Source: Lentisphaeria bacterium
GTDB taxonomy: Bacteria; Verrucomicrobiota; Lentisphaeria; Oligosphaerales; PUNB01
Assembly (NCBI GenBank): GCA_007130365.1
Contig: SLSR01000233.1
Span: forward strand, 1 to 34,965
DNA length: 34,965 bases
Direction of reading: 5' to 3'
Shown piece by piece: positions 34,577 through 34,965 of this stretch. A program made the position numbers and the translations under genes. How positions within the stretch are numbered: position 1 is the stretch's first letter; every line of letters begins with the position of its first letter. The notes under the pieces were generated by a model. The model did no database searches, had not been told where the DNA came from, and worked only from the letters and a program-made list of their open reading frames with translations.

Positions 34577-34965
34577 TTACGCGGAACCCGGAGCTTCGGA
34601 TGCTGCCCGCCCGACAAGCGGAAGACGAAGTCTGAAGCAGGTCCTGAAGCCGGCCGCGGACGGCTCGGCCAGCTCGACTCCGCCGCCGTGCTCCTCGGCG
34701 ATGCCGTGTACCACCGCCAATCCCAGCCCGGTGCCCTGCCCCACGGGCTTGGTCGTGAAGAAAGGCTCGAAAAGCTTGGCGCGAGCCTCCGGCTCGATCC
34801 CCGAACCGTCGTCCTCCACCTCGAACCGGATCTCGCCGTCGCGAGACTGCCAGGCAACCCTGACCTGACCGCCGGGCGCGGCCTGGACCGCGTTGCGCAA
34901 CAGATTGACCAAAGCCTGTTCGACCCGCGCCGCATCGGCCTGCAAACCCAGCCCCTGATCAGTAG
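34577..34965 (-). CDS. Sensor histidine kinase, C-terminal HATPase_c part (5' end off the right edge)
   Basis: N box VEQALVNLLRNAVQA, G1 DDGSGI, F box FEPFFTTK, G2 GTGLGLAV. Lies directly upstream of the response regulator gene. Confidence 0.85.
   Translation of the reverse strand, partial: TDQGLGLQADAARVEQALVNLLRNAVQAAPGGQVRVAWQSRDGEIRFEVEDDGSGIEPEARAKLFEPFFTTKPVGQGTGLGLAVVHGIAEEHGGGVELAEPSAAGFRTCFRLRLPLVGRAASEAPGSA

Overview
High-G+C bacterial chromosomal segment, densely coded and mostly housekeeping or envelope genes. A PVC-type lineage is a low-confidence guess, based on a split nqrF, an STN-like secreted protein and a DUF1570-like gluzincin. Gene order, left to right: a P-type cation ATPase (3' end off the left edge); a tightly coupled trio of an autotransporter-like outer-membrane barrel and two predicted secreted/lipoprotein hydrolases; a FabG-like SDR and a UxaE-family epimerase; a TolC/MacA/MacB-type tripartite ABC efflux locus; a GspA(ExeA)/GspB pair and LplA; and one long minus-strand block of coaE, rho, a small zinc-ribbon gene, type IIA topoisomerase B and A subunits, and an AEC transporter. 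After that come tRNA-Val(CAC); a block of GT2, a lipoate-ligase-family protein, a GNAT and a membrane HExxH protein; a PSP1/RicT homologue; an STN-like secreted protein; a stand-alone NqrF-like oxidoreductase; a Cys4 hypothetical protein; and a sigma54-type response regulator with a partial histidine kinase. I saw no CRISPR array, transposase, integrase, phage gene, toxin-antitoxin pair or known defence gene, and I cannot point to a clearly novel multi-gene system. The items most worth follow-up are: (i) 9-bp GATC-phased tandem arrays (unit GATCGGACG) about 50-70 bp upstream of three start codons, inside unusually long, paralogous spacers of the efflux locus; (ii) a 74-aa zinc-ribbon protein with an extremely acidic tail, 9 nt upstream of the topoisomerase B-subunit gene and just downstream of rho; (iii) the uncharacterised barrel plus two-hydrolase operon; and (iv) several long non-coding gaps packed with G+C-rich hairpins. 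Many long ORFs in the track are antisense shadows of real genes and are rejected. All family calls come from motif recognition by eye; no searches were run.
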